This document shows positions 51,515 through 64,000 of a stretch of 64,000 nucleotides of DNA, piece by piece. The notes below the pieces were generated by a model. That model did no database searches. It worked only from the letters and a program-made list of their open reading frames with translations, and was not told the origin of the DNA. This stretch comes from Anolis carolinensis (lineage: Eukaryota), in assembly GCF_035594765.1 (NCBI RefSeq), contig NC_085845.1, positions 171,942,897 to 172,006,896 of the forward strand. Reading direction: 5' to 3'. The position numbers and the translations under genes were made by a program. Every line of letters starts with the position of its first letter. Position 1 is the stretch's first letter.

Positions 51515-52377
51515 AAGACTTCCATGGCCGGAAACACTGGGTTGCTGGTTTTCCGGGTTGTATGGCCATGTTCCAGAAGCATTCCCTCCTGACGTTTTGC
51601 TCACATCTTTGGCAAGCATCAGAGAGTGTGAGGTATATTGGAAACTAGGTTTAGTGTGGTGTATATATCTGTGGAAGGTCCAGGGCGGGAGGAAGAACTC
51701 TTGTGTGTTGGAGATAAATATAAATGTTGCAATTTATATGCTAATCACCATGATTAGCATTGAAAAGCCTTACAGCTTCAAAGCCTGGCTGATTCCTCCC
51801 TTTGTTGGGAGGTGTTCGCTAGTGTGCTTTGTTTACTGTCCAGATTTTAGAGATTTTTTAAATAGTGGTAGCCTGATTTTGTTCATTTTCATGTTCTTTC
51901 TGTTGAAATAGTCGCCACAGAGAAGCCAATGAAATCTACAAAGATGTGGGCAATTTCAACAGAAAAGAGACCACCATGAAAATGAACAAAATCTGGCTAC
52001 CAGTATTTTAAAAAACCCTCTAAAATCAGGACAGTAAATAAAGAACAACGCTCTGAAAACAGGTTAATTCTAGACATAAAACAATCAAGGCCAGCTAACA
52101 TCTCCCAACAAAGGATTCCCCCGGGCTGGAATCAGGCTTTGAAGCTGCAAGGCTTTTCAATGTTTATTAAGGTGTTTAATTGCAACATTCACATTTGACT
52201 CCCAACAAACAAGAATAATTTCTCCCATCCTGGACTTTCCACAGATAAATAAACCTCACTGACCTAGTTTCCAACAGCTCTCGCCGCCACTGAGGATGCC
52301 TGCAGTAGATGTGGGCGAAATGTCAGGAGAGAATGCTTCTGCAACATGGCCATACAGCCAGGAAAACCCAACAGCAA
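51515..52377. mobile_element. Inverted pair of Penelope-like 3' fragments in RPL3 intron 1
   Basis: Plus copy 51916-52377 encodes HREANEIYKDVGNFNRKETTMKMNKIWLPV (end of a Penelope GIY-YIG domain) then the hammerhead-bearing terminus; 51515-51910 is its reverse complement. Confidence 0.85.
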
Positions 52378-52968
52378 TTCATTGTGCTATTTTATTTTTG
52401 GCTACATGGGTTCCACCAGCGGGCATTGCTGATAATGAATTGAGAATAGTAATTTCAGAACTTGAAGACTTGGAATAGTATTCTGTGATCAGAAACCTTT
52501 AATAATAATAAAATAATAAATTCTCACTAGATCATGCACTTGAATATTCTTCGACTCCTGCATTTATATGTTCCTTTTTCTAGAAGCAAGCTCTCATTTT
52601 TCTATAAATGCTATTGTTTGCTTATAGATGGCTGTAAGAATTTGATTTTATCTTGTTTTTACCTTGACTGCTGCTTGTAGAAGGCGGATACTTTATAACT
52701 AGACTTACAATCATAGTGTTGAAAGAGATCCAAAGGGCCATCCAGCCAACCCACATTCTACCATGCAGGAACAATCAAATCACAGATGGCCATCCAGCCT
52801 CTGCTTAAAACATCCAGAGATTGGGGCCCCTTGTACACTGCCATATAATCCAGTTCAAAGCATAGATTCTGGATTTTATATGGCAGTGTTGAAGGGGCCC
52901 GAGACTTCAGCACATTCCAGTGTTGAGTAGCTCTTAGCATCAGGAAGTTCTTTCTAATGTTTAGGTAG

Positions 52969-53277
<309 letters not shown>

Positions 53278-53860
53278 TAGGGAAAATTTGGCTGAAGTGT
53301 TTATAAAAGTTGTAAGCTAAAGTAATTACCAAGTTCTGGAATGGATGTATGTGTCATAGACATATTTAACTAATTAGAATGTTTTATATTTTCATGCTTG
53401 TGGCTGTGTAATATTGTCAGTGATCCTTCCATATTCCCACTACTACTTCCCATTGAGTGTGAGGGAGGCAGCCAGGAAGACACAGCTACATTGTGTCTTA
53501 TGTATTACATCTTATTTATTTTATGTAGATTGTAAACCTGAAGGCAAATTAACATATTGTAAGCTGTTTTGAGTGCCTTTGTGGCTGAAGAGCAGGATAA
53601 AAATTCTATAAATGAATATTTTGTATCAAGGTCCACTTGATTCATAGTTGGGTGATACTGACCTCATTAAAACCATACTGTGCCATTTCCTATGAACTGG
53701 AGCAAATGAGTGAACTTCTTTGACCACTTCATTTCAGAATAAGGCATGGAAATCATAATATCCCCTACTTAATAACTCCCTTGGATTTTTCATCAGTATT
53801 TATGTGGCCTTTATAGAGAGGGGTTTATCTAATTTAACCTGTATCATATTTATTCCACAG

Positions 53861-54029
53861 AGGTGAACAAGAAAGAAGTTGTAGAAGCTGTCACTGTGGT
53901 GGAGACTCCTCCCATGGTCATAGTGGGGATTGTGGGTTATGTGGAAACTCCCCGTGGCCTTCGCACCTTCAGGACCGTGTTTGCTGAGCACATCAGTGAT
54001 GAGTGCAAGCGTCGTTTCTACAAGAATTG
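53861..54029 (+). CDS. RPL3: RPL3 exon 3 (169 nt)
   Basis: [18 protein letters not shown]...KRRFYKNW; AG/GT boundaries. Confidence 0.98.
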
Positions 54030-54228
54030 GTATGATCACCGAAGTGCTAAATATTTTCTATTTAGGAGAATTCTCAAAATAGTTTTGGGGTGGGGTCAGA
54101 AAGGGATTGGTGGTTATCTTATCACTTGAGTTCATTGAGAATAAGTATTTTACTGGAGATTGAAAGTTATGTTGAAGAGCTTGTGCATATTTAAGTGTGC
54201 ATGAAGTTACACACATGGTTACATTAAC

Positions 54229-54313
54229 ACTACAAATGATGATTTACTCGACGGGCGGACATAAAGAAATCGCCTTTGGCGCTTGTTGCTGATTGTCGAG
54301 TACTGAATGTAGT
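54229..54313 (+). ncRNA. SNORD43: Box C/D snoRNA U43 (guide for the 18S rRNA Cm1703-equivalent)
   Basis: Terminal stem ACTACA/TGTAGT; C box ATGATGA 54236-54242; D box CTGA 54303-54306; guide CGACGGGCGG (54249-54258) complementary to 18S CCGCCCGUCG. Confidence 0.9.
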
Positions 54314-54794
54314 TTGCTATTGTAAAGCAGTGCAGTGTTACTTTCTCTTCAGCTCCCAATGGGTTTTCTGGGGTAGCCCTAACCCAGGCCTAGGAAACAA
54401 TTTCTCATATACAGTAGAAAATGACCTAGTTGTCTGTTTAAAAAGTTTTTTCCAGTAATCCCTCTGAATTCTCAACTTGCTGCTAATGGTGTAAAAGTTG
54501 TCCTCACTTTAATATATAGTAAGAAGGTAGCATTAACATTGTTAGGTTGTGAGATAATATTATGTAGCCTTAAATGAAAGATAGGGCATGGGGTTCTAAT
54601 GCAGTCTCTTAACAACAGTACTGACCTGCGCATATTAATGCCTGTTGGATAAATTTATGGCAGCTCCGCTCAACTCTGGCAGTTTTGCCATTGTTTGATG
54701 AGCTCCAGGCTCCGCTTGTTGGTGGAAAGGCTGCTTTGAAGCCGGCAATGAGCCAAATCTAGCAATGTGGCAGTTTCTTCCACTCAACCACCTT

Positions 54795-54997
<203 letters not shown>

Positions 54998-55432
54998 TAG
55001 GATTAATACAATTTCACAAACAATGGCAGAGCTGATAATAAACTACTGTGTAATAATTTTTTCTTAAGCCTCTCTTAAGTCCATAGTTATCAGCAACTGT
55101 TGGCTAATGGCACATAAATTTCTGTTCTAGCTCTATTCCTTTACTCAGATACGTAAATGTGTCACTCAGGTGTTCTGTTTTTAAAGACATTTCAAACACT
55201 TCTGCTTATTTCCCAATTTTAAAACAGCTAACTGGCTCGTTTCTTCAAACTTTGTAATTTACTTATACCCCAGTTGTAACTGGATGTTAATATAGCACCA
55301 ACTAAATATCATTATTTCATAAAAAGGTCAGGTGACCAATTCCATGAGCCCTTTTCATCAAGGTATCCTTTAAAAGTTTCCTAGTTTCCAAATTGTCCAT
55401 GTATTCTCAAATATTGGAAAATTCTGGTAATA

Positions 55433-55762
55433 CAGTGTTCCCTCACTTATCGCAGGGGTTACAATCCAGAACCACTCGCAGTAAGTGAAAAGTAGGGACG
55501 CTATATTTATTTTAATATTTATACATTATTTTAGGAGTTATACACCATTTTAAGTCTCTATCAACCAATCATGTGTTGATAAATTGCTTCCTTCTCCCGT
55601 TGCCACTTGGACTCCTTTTCTCTCCCTTCAGCTCCTCCTCCCTCCCTTCCTTAGGCTGTAAATTGTAATTTTTTATGATTTGTAATAGTCTTAGAGTTTA
55701 TTGAAAAACCGTGAAACAGCAAATCCCCGAAAAGCGAACCACGAAGTAGTGAGGGAACACTG
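55433..55762. mobile_element. Tigger-like non-autonomous DNA transposon in RPL3 intron 4
   Basis: TIRs CAGTGTTCCCTCACT / AGTGAGGGAACACTG with TA TSD. Confidence 0.85.
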
Positions 55763-56454
55763 TACAGTATTAAAGAGACTTGTAGCAGACATTCTACTAA
55801 ATGGAATAGTATCTGATTTTGCAATTTCTATCAATTTTTTGCTTCCCAACTGCTAACCCATTACTGCTCATGGCTTGTAAAACAGTTGTTCAATGTTGTA
55901 TAGAAGCTAAACATAGTGGCATTTAACTTCAGTATCCATTAGGATTTCTCTGAAGGATTTGCACTTTTTTGAATAATTACAAGATGCCTGTGCCTCCACA
56001 TGCAGTGAGCCTGTCATATTTATAGTGGTCTGGTCTCTGGATCACACCCAATATTAAGTGGAGGCAGCATGTATGTGCACTTTAGGTTGTACATATTTAT
56101 AACTGCCATTTAATTACACGGGGCATCACAATCCATGTGCAATGAAAATAATAAATTTGAAAGGCTCACTAATTTGCCTGCGAGGTGTCCTAAAAATAAG
56201 ACATTTAAGGAGTTCATGGAGCTGTTAAAAAAGAAATGTGGCAGGTGTGATTGATGCAATCATTAGAAGTATACTGCACTTGAGGGTCCCAAGACTGTCA
56301 ACATAACCTCCAAACCCACACATTAAAATAAAAATGTATAAAATGTTGAGATGTCCCTCACTTTGGGTTGAATGCACTGGAAATGTTCAAGTGATGCAGG
56401 AAAAAATCTCTTAAGCAATTTAGTTAAAACTTCCTTGTTTCTGTGGCCTCCCAG

Positions 56455-56641
56455 ATGCGCATGCTACCCCTCCGTCAAAAAAAATCTCACCTGATGGAGA
56501 TTCAGGTGAATGGTGGCACAGTGGCTGAGAAGGTGGATTGGGCCCGTGCAAAGTTGGAGCAGCAAGTGCCTGTGTCAACTGTCTTTGGCCAGGATGAAAT
56601 GATTGATGTCATTGGAGTGACCAAGGGCAAGGGTTACAAAG
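56455..56641 (+). CDS. RPL3: RPL3 exon 5 (187 nt)
   Basis: [21 protein letters not shown]...GVTKGKGYK; AG/GT boundaries. Confidence 0.98.
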
Positions 56642-56721
56642 GTAATTTTATTCCACAATTAAGAAAATCAACACATTTTTGTTTAGGCTTTTTGGTAGTA
56701 CCTTTTGTCCAGTGAGCAAAA

Positions 56722-56815
56722 GCTGTTCAGTGATGAGATCATGGAATATGCACTGGGCACAGTGCCTGATAATAAATGAGGAGTCGTTCCATGCTGCCTT
56801 CCTTCTGAGACCAGC
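56722..56815 (+). ncRNA. SNORD83: Box C/D snoRNA U83 (guide for the 18S rRNA Am468-equivalent)
   Basis: Stem GCTG/CAGC (extends to GCAAAAGCTG/CAGCTTTGC); C box GTGATGA 56730; D' CTGA 56766; C' ATGAGGA 56776; D CTGA 56805; guide TGCTGCCTTCCTT complementary to 18S AAGGAAGGCAGCA. Confidence 0.92.
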
Positions 56816-57084
56816 TTTGCAACAAAGGAGTGTGTGACTATTCCTATCTCTTAGCACAGCAACATTGACTTGTAGAATGCAAAGTAGTGGCCATGGTCTA
56901 TTTGCTGTGTGATTTGGTAACCTCTCTATGCAAACGTCTTCATGTACAGAAAAGTAAGAAAGCAACTTTATTGCCAAAGCTTTTTATTGCAGGGGCACAA
57001 AATCTTTCAGCAGTTTTTCCACAGTCAATGAATTGGGAGTGCTGAGTAATTTAGGATATGTTGCACGTCTTTCCTTATTCCTAG

Positions 57085-57245
57085 GTGTTACCAGCCGATG
57101 GCACACTAAGAAACTGCCCCGAAAGACTCACAGGGGTCTGCGCAAAGTGGCCTGCATTGGGGCCTGGCACCCTGCCCGTGTGGCCTTCTCTGTAGCTCGA
57201 GCTGGTCAGAAGGGGTACCATCACAGGACCGAAATCAATAAGAAG
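57085..57245 (+). CDS. RPL3: RPL3 exon 6 (161 nt)
   Basis: [33 protein letters not shown]...EINKK. Confidence 0.98.
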
Positions 57246-57372
57246 GTGAGGAAAGGATGCCAAGCAGTATATGTTCTTTGTTGGAATTAATTAATGCATT
57301 TTCTAGGTTTTAGTAAAGGTTACTGCCCAATACCTTGTGGATGTGAGGGCTTTTAAGAAATACTGCTTAGAG

Positions 57373-57742
57373 CAGGGGTCCCCAAACTTTTTAAACGGGG
57401 GGCCAGTTCACGATCCTTCAGACAGTTAGAGGGCCGGACTATAGTCGGCCACCGAGCAATAATAATAATAATTATTATTATTATTAATAATAATAACAGC
57501 AATAATAATAAAAAGAGTTGGAAGAGACCCTTTGGGCCATTGAGCCCAATACCCTTCTGCCTTTGTGCACTGAAAACACAAGCAGAGCACCCCTGACAGA
57601 TGGCCACGCAGCCTCAATGTTAATAATAATAATAAAGAGGGTTGGAAGAGACACTTTGGGCCATTGAGTCCAACCCCCTTCTTCCTTTGTGCACCAAAAG
57701 CACAAGCAAAGCACCCCTGACAGATGGCCACCCAGCCTTAAT

Positions 57743-57780
<38 letters not shown>

Positions 57781-57910
57781 GGGTTGTAAGAGAAGAAGAG
57801 ACCCCTTGGGTCATTTAGCCCAATCCCCTTCAGCCCTTGTGCTGTGGGGGCCGGATAAATGGCTTTGATGGGCCGCATCTGGCCCCCGGGCCTTAGTTTG
57901 GGGACCCCTG
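57373..57910. mobile_element. Non-autonomous hAT element in RPL3 intron 6
   Basis: CAGGGGTCCCCAAACT TIRs; perfect 8-bp TSD GCTTAGAG. Confidence 0.92.
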
Positions 57911-58441
57911 GCTTAGAGTAAACTGTATTTCAGAGGAAGCCAGCCAACTGAGCATTCCTTGCAGAATAGTCTGGTATAAGACAACAGTTGACTTCATTTG
58001 ACACCTGCACTACTAAAAAAAAAAAGACCGCATTTCAGTGTAGACCATCTGATTTGATTTTAAAAAATCTAGCTGGTAAAATGGAACATGCAAAATTTTG
58101 CTATCTTATTTTGCTATATGTGGGTTAGTGGCCAGCAGACATGAAACAAATCTTGGTGACACTTACTAGAGAAAATAAACTTGGCTATAAAAAGCATTCC
58201 TAAATTTGGGTGTTAATCAGTTGTCCTGAAATGCTAGCATGGCTTTCTGGAACTTATAATTTGTGCCCACCGCCTATTTCTCGGGCTCCACTTTCTGACA
58301 TATTCAGAGGGGTTGAGATTAAGGCAATTTGGGGAATGCTTTCCTTTGGAGTTTGAAGGAAGGTTGGAGTAAATCAGACCAGCTTTTTAATTATTTATAT
58401 GACACATCATTTTTTCTTTTTCTTTCCATTTAATTGCTTAG

Positions 58442-58555
<114 letters not shown>

Positions 58556-59026
58556 TAAAATTTCTTTCCTGGAAAAAATCTTGGTAAGATGAAACATTAT
58601 TTCTTGCTAGCAAAAGATGAATGTCTGCTACTCTATAGAGATGCAGGGTAATCTTCAGTACCTGTAACAGTTGCAAACAGTTTAGTCCATTTAAGCTTAA
58701 ATAGATTTCTCAGCTCTATGCCTTCACCTGGTGATTGCCATGAATTTCTTCTGTTTGTGACTGATGTGATAACATTTGGCCTTGAGCGTTTTCCAGGTTT
58801 CTGTTAGTAATTAACAGAAATAGCAGAATTAAGTAGTGAATGCAACATATTAAATGCTGTCTTGTCTATAGAATTATTTTAACAGCGTGTACAATTTATT
58901 TTAGAATTGTATTTTAATTGTTTTCAAAATTGATTTAGTTTAATTTTCTTGTACTTTTTACCTCTTGCACTTTTAACTATCTTTAAAAAGTTAGATCATG
59001 TGTGTGTTGACCTGGGGGAAAAGTGA

Positions 59027-59173
<147 letters not shown>

Positions 59174-59640
59174 TAGGTATTGACAAGGGTAGACATCTCA
59201 TTTGTCTTCCTAGACAGTCAAATTATACAAATAACATTAGATACAGTTAGAAGATTTTCTTATATTGAGCACTTTGTATTCAGAAGAAACACAATATTTT
59301 TGATATGACCAATTTCTCCATAAACTGTGAGGGTGAGCTACCTTTGCCAATCCTTATATAGTCAATCTTCATGAGATAAGTAGCAGCCAGGCTTGCCAAC
59401 AATCAACTATAAGATGCAGAGAAATGTAGCAGGTGCTAATCTCCCTTATGTGCTACTTGCTGTACGACCCAGTATGATGCCTCATGTAATTTGAGGGGGA
59501 GGATATAAGATTTGCAGTATTAGAGTGGAAACTTTTCTAGGTGATTGGTTTTTCTGTTCCCATCTCCATATAGCCTTTTCAGTTTAAGGATTTGCACTTG
59601 CCGGTCCACTTCATTCTAATCCTATCTTCTTTCTCCATAG

Positions 59641-59769
<129 letters not shown>

Positions 59770-60673
59770 TGACCTTTCTCTAGTGTGTGTTTTCAACCCC
59801 CTTAAGCTGAATTGCTTAACAAAGTAGATTTCATCACATACAAAAAAAAACAGAAAGAAGCAGGATCAGTTCTATGACAGTTGCCACTTGGAAGACTGAG
59901 GAAGCAGGCCTGTGCCTTTGTACATTCCTCTGCAGATTTAAATTTTCAAAAGGACTGTAGGTTTTTCCCCCCAGGATTATTGTTTTAGTAGAGAAAAGCG
60001 GTACTGTTTTCTAACCTCACATTTTCTTCCCTTGAATATTACCCATATTTCTTAAGAGATTGTGTAGTACAGAGAGCTAGAAATACACATAATGTGAGAG
60101 CAGCTAAATTAAAATCTCACATGAGCATGTAGATCAAATAATATCGAGCTCTCATAAGTTTTATATAGTTTTATTTTCAAGCTTAATTAAACTCTAGGAC
60201 ATTGAGATTGATTGGATGGGACTTAAGTGTGAGTTTTCCTAAAACAAGTTTCTTTTCTGTGACATTCCTGTAGCCTATTGTGCTTTAGTTTTTTTCTGAC
60301 ACCCTTCAGAGAGAGATGGCAAGTTTTAAATCTGTTATTATTATTATTTATTATAAACCTGTCTGTTCATTACGATAGTATTCGGCAAATAGAGGGAATT
60401 GTGCTTGATGAGACCTAAATCTTAACCTGTCCTCTACATGGTCCAGAAACCAGTAAACAACTAGCTGTAATCCACAAATGCAGCCAGTAGTCTACCAATG
60501 AACTAAACATTGTGAACAGTAGATGGCAGTGGATTTCTGCAATTTGCTTATGATATCTTGTGCTGAAATCAGTTGAAAATAAGCAAAACACTTGCTGGCT
60601 AATATTAAATGGTTTAGAATTTTTTGTGAGTAGTATCTGTTGTATGAACTCGTGTGTTTTATTTTCTTTGCAG

Positions 60674-60718
60674 GGACCACTCAAGAAAGACCGTATTGCC
60701 AAAGAGGAAACGGCTTAG
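60674..60718 (+). CDS. RPL3: RPL3 exon 10 coding part (45 nt including TAG)
   Basis: GPLKKDRIAKEETA*; the ten exon lengths sum to 1212 nt = 403 aa + stop. Confidence 0.96.
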   Translation, partial: GPLKKDRIAKEETA

Positions 60719-60753
60719 TGTCTGGAATGCTGTCCTTCTTTCCTGTAGTTTAT

Positions 60754-60759
60754 AATAAA
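60754..60759 (+). terminator. RPL3 polyadenylation signal
   Basis: AATAAA 36 nt after the stop codon, followed by a T/GT-rich downstream element. Confidence 0.85.
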
Positions 60760-62527
60760 GCTACAAATATCAATGCCATTTCTGTCTTTTGCTTTTTGAA
60801 TGATGGGACTGTTTCTTGTGTATCCATTTAAGCTACGATAAAGACTTCAGCTATATAGAAAGCATGGCAGTTCTGTGATCAGTTCTACTGATTTGGGCTT
60901 GTAACAAAACACAGCCTCTTGTCACTGGACATGTTTATCTATGAGTTACAACCTTGAAGACATGTGGTCAGCTTTTGAGGGTAGTGGGAAGAGGTTAAAA
61001 GATTCAGGTTTTTAAAAGTTGTAGCGTTCTGATACTAAACTAGATGAAAATTCTGTGTAGTTTTCAGGAGAGAGCTGCTGTTAACAATAAACCAGAGCAA
61101 AGAAATCAGTTCATGAATAGTCTTCATTTGGAGTTACCAACCTGTACTTCACAGCTAACGGTTGTGTTTTACAGAGGAACAACAAATTACACTTTTTAAT
61201 GATGGGAGGGAAAATGATACCACACAGCTTCTTTTATTGTGATGCTCTGCTTTACCTCAGCAACAAATGTTCTTACTTGCCCTAGACCCATATTGTCTTG
61301 CACATTAGCAACTCCAAATTTAGAACATAGCAGAGCGTCTTGTACCATCCATTCCAAGGTGTTAGTATTTTGGCTGTTAACTAGTTCATCTTATGCCAAG
61401 TTTTAAAATCAGCTGTGTACTTCATTTTTTCTTGGTTAGAGCTATCCCACAAATTGTGCAGCAAATTCTCAGATGCTTTTGAATCTGATTGTATACCAGT
61501 GAATGAAGACTGAGCATTACTCCTGTTCAGGAATATTCTGTTAGTACTGTATTCTCATTTTTCCTGATGAGCTTACAGCATGTTATATTGAAAGATATAA
61601 AAATCTTCTTAAAGCAAGACCACATGCTACCTCTAGTTTCTTCAGACCATGGGGTTGTTTGGAAATTGAAATGGCAGATTACCGCAAGGAAGTGTTGAAT
61701 GATTTAGGCAGGCAGGCAGGAGGCTTAAAATAACATCATTTCCCTGATTATGGTGCTTTTAACTTGAGCTCACTGTAGTGAGACATGTAGACCTTCGTCA
61801 AAGATGACAAATGCCTATATTGCCTTGTTTCCAGTAGCAGTGTATTTTAAAGGGCTGGTTCAATCTTGAAGCCACTCAGGTTCAGTATTTTCTCTTGAGC
61901 GGTTTCTACACTGATCAAAAGGGGTCTCAAAGATTGGACAATGAAGAAAAGTGTCAAGAATGAGATGGTATCTCAACCTTGTCCTAAGTTGTATATTAGT
62001 ACCAAAACCTTAAAACATACTCCAGTAATGTTGACAGCTGGTGCAAATCTTGCGAGAGGTGTGAAATTTTAGTAAGAGATAATGCTACAGAAATTTTGCA
62101 TTTTACATCCCTAGCTTCCAAGGCAATTTTGCAAAGGGCTCTCTACATCGATCACCTTGCAGTAGTGCAATTCTTGCAATTTCTCAAGTTGCTCCTGATA
62201 CGAAGGGGGGGAAAAGTGTAAACATATTCACTCTGCCACTCTGGAAATGCAGAGAGTTTATAGAGGTTAATGGATATCTATGTGGTTAATTCTGAATATA
62301 GCTTATATAAGAGGAAATTGGTAACAGTCAACCCAAAAGGAAGCAGTTACCTGAAGGTGAGTTGTCAATTATGAGAGCATTGACATCTTTCCAAGTCTTA
62401 AAAAGTTTCAAAGATCCAATCTTGGTGATTCATCCAAGATTGGATCTTTTAAATGTTAAGGTTTGGGCCTATAGCAGAGTTCATTTTTCAGGCCAAGGAA
62501 AATGATGAATGTTGTGTGTAGGAAGTA

Positions 62528-62850
62528 CAGTAGAGTCTCACTAATACAAGCTAAATGGGCCGGCAGAAGCTTGGATAAGCGAATACCTTGGATAATAAGG
62601 AGGGATTAAGGAAAAGCCTATTAAACATCAAATTAGGTTATGATTTTACAAATTAAGCACCAAAACTTCATGTTATACAACAAATTTGACAGAAAAAGTA
62701 GTTCAATACGCAGTAATGTTATGTTGTAATTACTGTATTTACGAATTTAGCACCAAAATATCACGATATATTGAAAACATTGACTACAAAAATGGCTTGG
62801 ATTATCCAGAGGCTTGGATAAGCGAGGCTTGGATTAGTGAGACTCTACTG
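62528..62850. mobile_element. Tc1/mariner-type MITE (CAGTAGAGTC TIR family, variant)
   Basis: TIRs CAGTAGAGTCTCACTAAT / ATTAGTGAGACTCTACTG with TA TSD. Confidence 0.9.
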
Positions 62851-64000
62851 TACTACCTTTAGCAAAAACCTGTCCTGTTAGCAGTGTAAAGTTCCTTAAG
62901 GCTCATACACCAAGTGCATACATTCTTGGAACGGGTTGCAAACTGCCTTTAAATTATTGATTAAAAGCAATACTTTCCACATAATGTGGTTTAAGCCTTT
63001 GAAAGTGGAATACTGTATATCATAAAACAGTTAAACAATTTACAATTTAAATGTTGGGCTGCATAAGTATGCCTTATCATTGGCTATACTAGCTAAAGCT
63101 CTTGGGACTTGCAGTCCCAACAAGATCCATAGGGCGGCATGATTCCTGCTATGATCTGGAATGAGTTGATAAATCTGTTGCCTGGATGTCTTTCCACTTT
63201 TCTGATGGCCCCTTAGTTTCTAATTGACATTAAAAAGCCACTAACCAAAATCTGTGACTACTATTTTTAGCTTTGAAAGAAACGCTCTTGAACTCAGTGT
63301 CTGGAATATTTCACTGAATAACCCTTTGTAAGGACTGGCCTGTTAATGGTTACTTCAAGAATTTCCTCTGAATAATAACAGTTCAACGCATGTAAAGTAT
63401 TCAAAAGTTCAGTTGTCTGTTTTACCAATCCGTGAAAGATGCAGCCTTGCTATCAAAAGCAGAGCTTTTTGGTGTCTACTGAAGCTTGCACAGTTCTAGG
63501 ATTATGATTCCACTAACCTGTAATTTCATCCCGTGTAATCCTGGGGTTTGCCATTTGTGAATGTATGTGCCTTCAAGGTCCCTGATGATGCTTGGCAACT
63601 CATACATTACATAGGACTTTTTAAGACAAGAAATACAAAGAGGTGGCTTTGCTCATTCTTTGCCTGGAAATATAGTCTTGCTGCTGTTGTTCTTGTATGC
63701 TTTCAAGATATTTCTGATTGATGGTGACCTTATCACAGGATATACTGGGGTTGAGATTGTGTGAGCTGCCCGAAGTCAGCCAATGGATACCTTGGGCTCT
63801 AAAGTCACAGACCCATGGTGCTCAAGCCACTGCACCTAGTTCTCCTTGGCGATGTCCCATTCAAGGGCTAACTAGGGGTGACATTGCTTAGTTTCCCAAA
63901 TTAGTGATGCCTTATGCAACCTTAGTAGTTAAAATAGAAACATAGTGCCATAATTAAGTGAAAGGGCTCTTGAGAGATTTGTGGGAAGAGAAGTAAACCA

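Noticed and set aside
53415-53500. Possible H/ACA-like hairpins in RPL3 intron 2
   Set aside because: Short stems only; no convincing two-hairpin ANANNA/ACA architecture.

Overview
Vertebrate genomic DNA, most likely an Anolis-type lizard judging from the repeat families (inference). Two genes are arranged divergently, as in the human RPL3-SYNGR1 locus. SYNGR1 lies on the minus strand with coding exons 1-3 at 35650-35555, 11085-10848 and 828-683; the last exon is outside the window. RPL3 lies complete on the plus strand: 10 exons, 51159-60718, 1212 nt = 403 aa + stop, with a 5'TOP promoter. RPL3 introns host box C/D snoRNAs (SNORD43 in intron 3, SNORD83 in intron 5). The 3' end of intron 3 also holds a structured candidate autoregulatory poison-splicing element. 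Between the two genes is a repeat-free, intact 341-aa minus-strand ORF (45898-46923) with hydrophobic segments and no family I recognise; it is the best candidate for something undescribed. The rest is dense in transposons: Penelope-like elements carrying minimal hammerhead ribozyme motifs, Vingi, CR1, L2 and R4 LINE fragments, tRNA-derived SINEs, hAT, Tc1/mariner and Harbinger MITEs, and Helitrons. There are also local rearrangements: a templated duplication inside an L2, foldback palindromes and a composite hAT pair. Family names and human comparisons are from recall, not from database searches.
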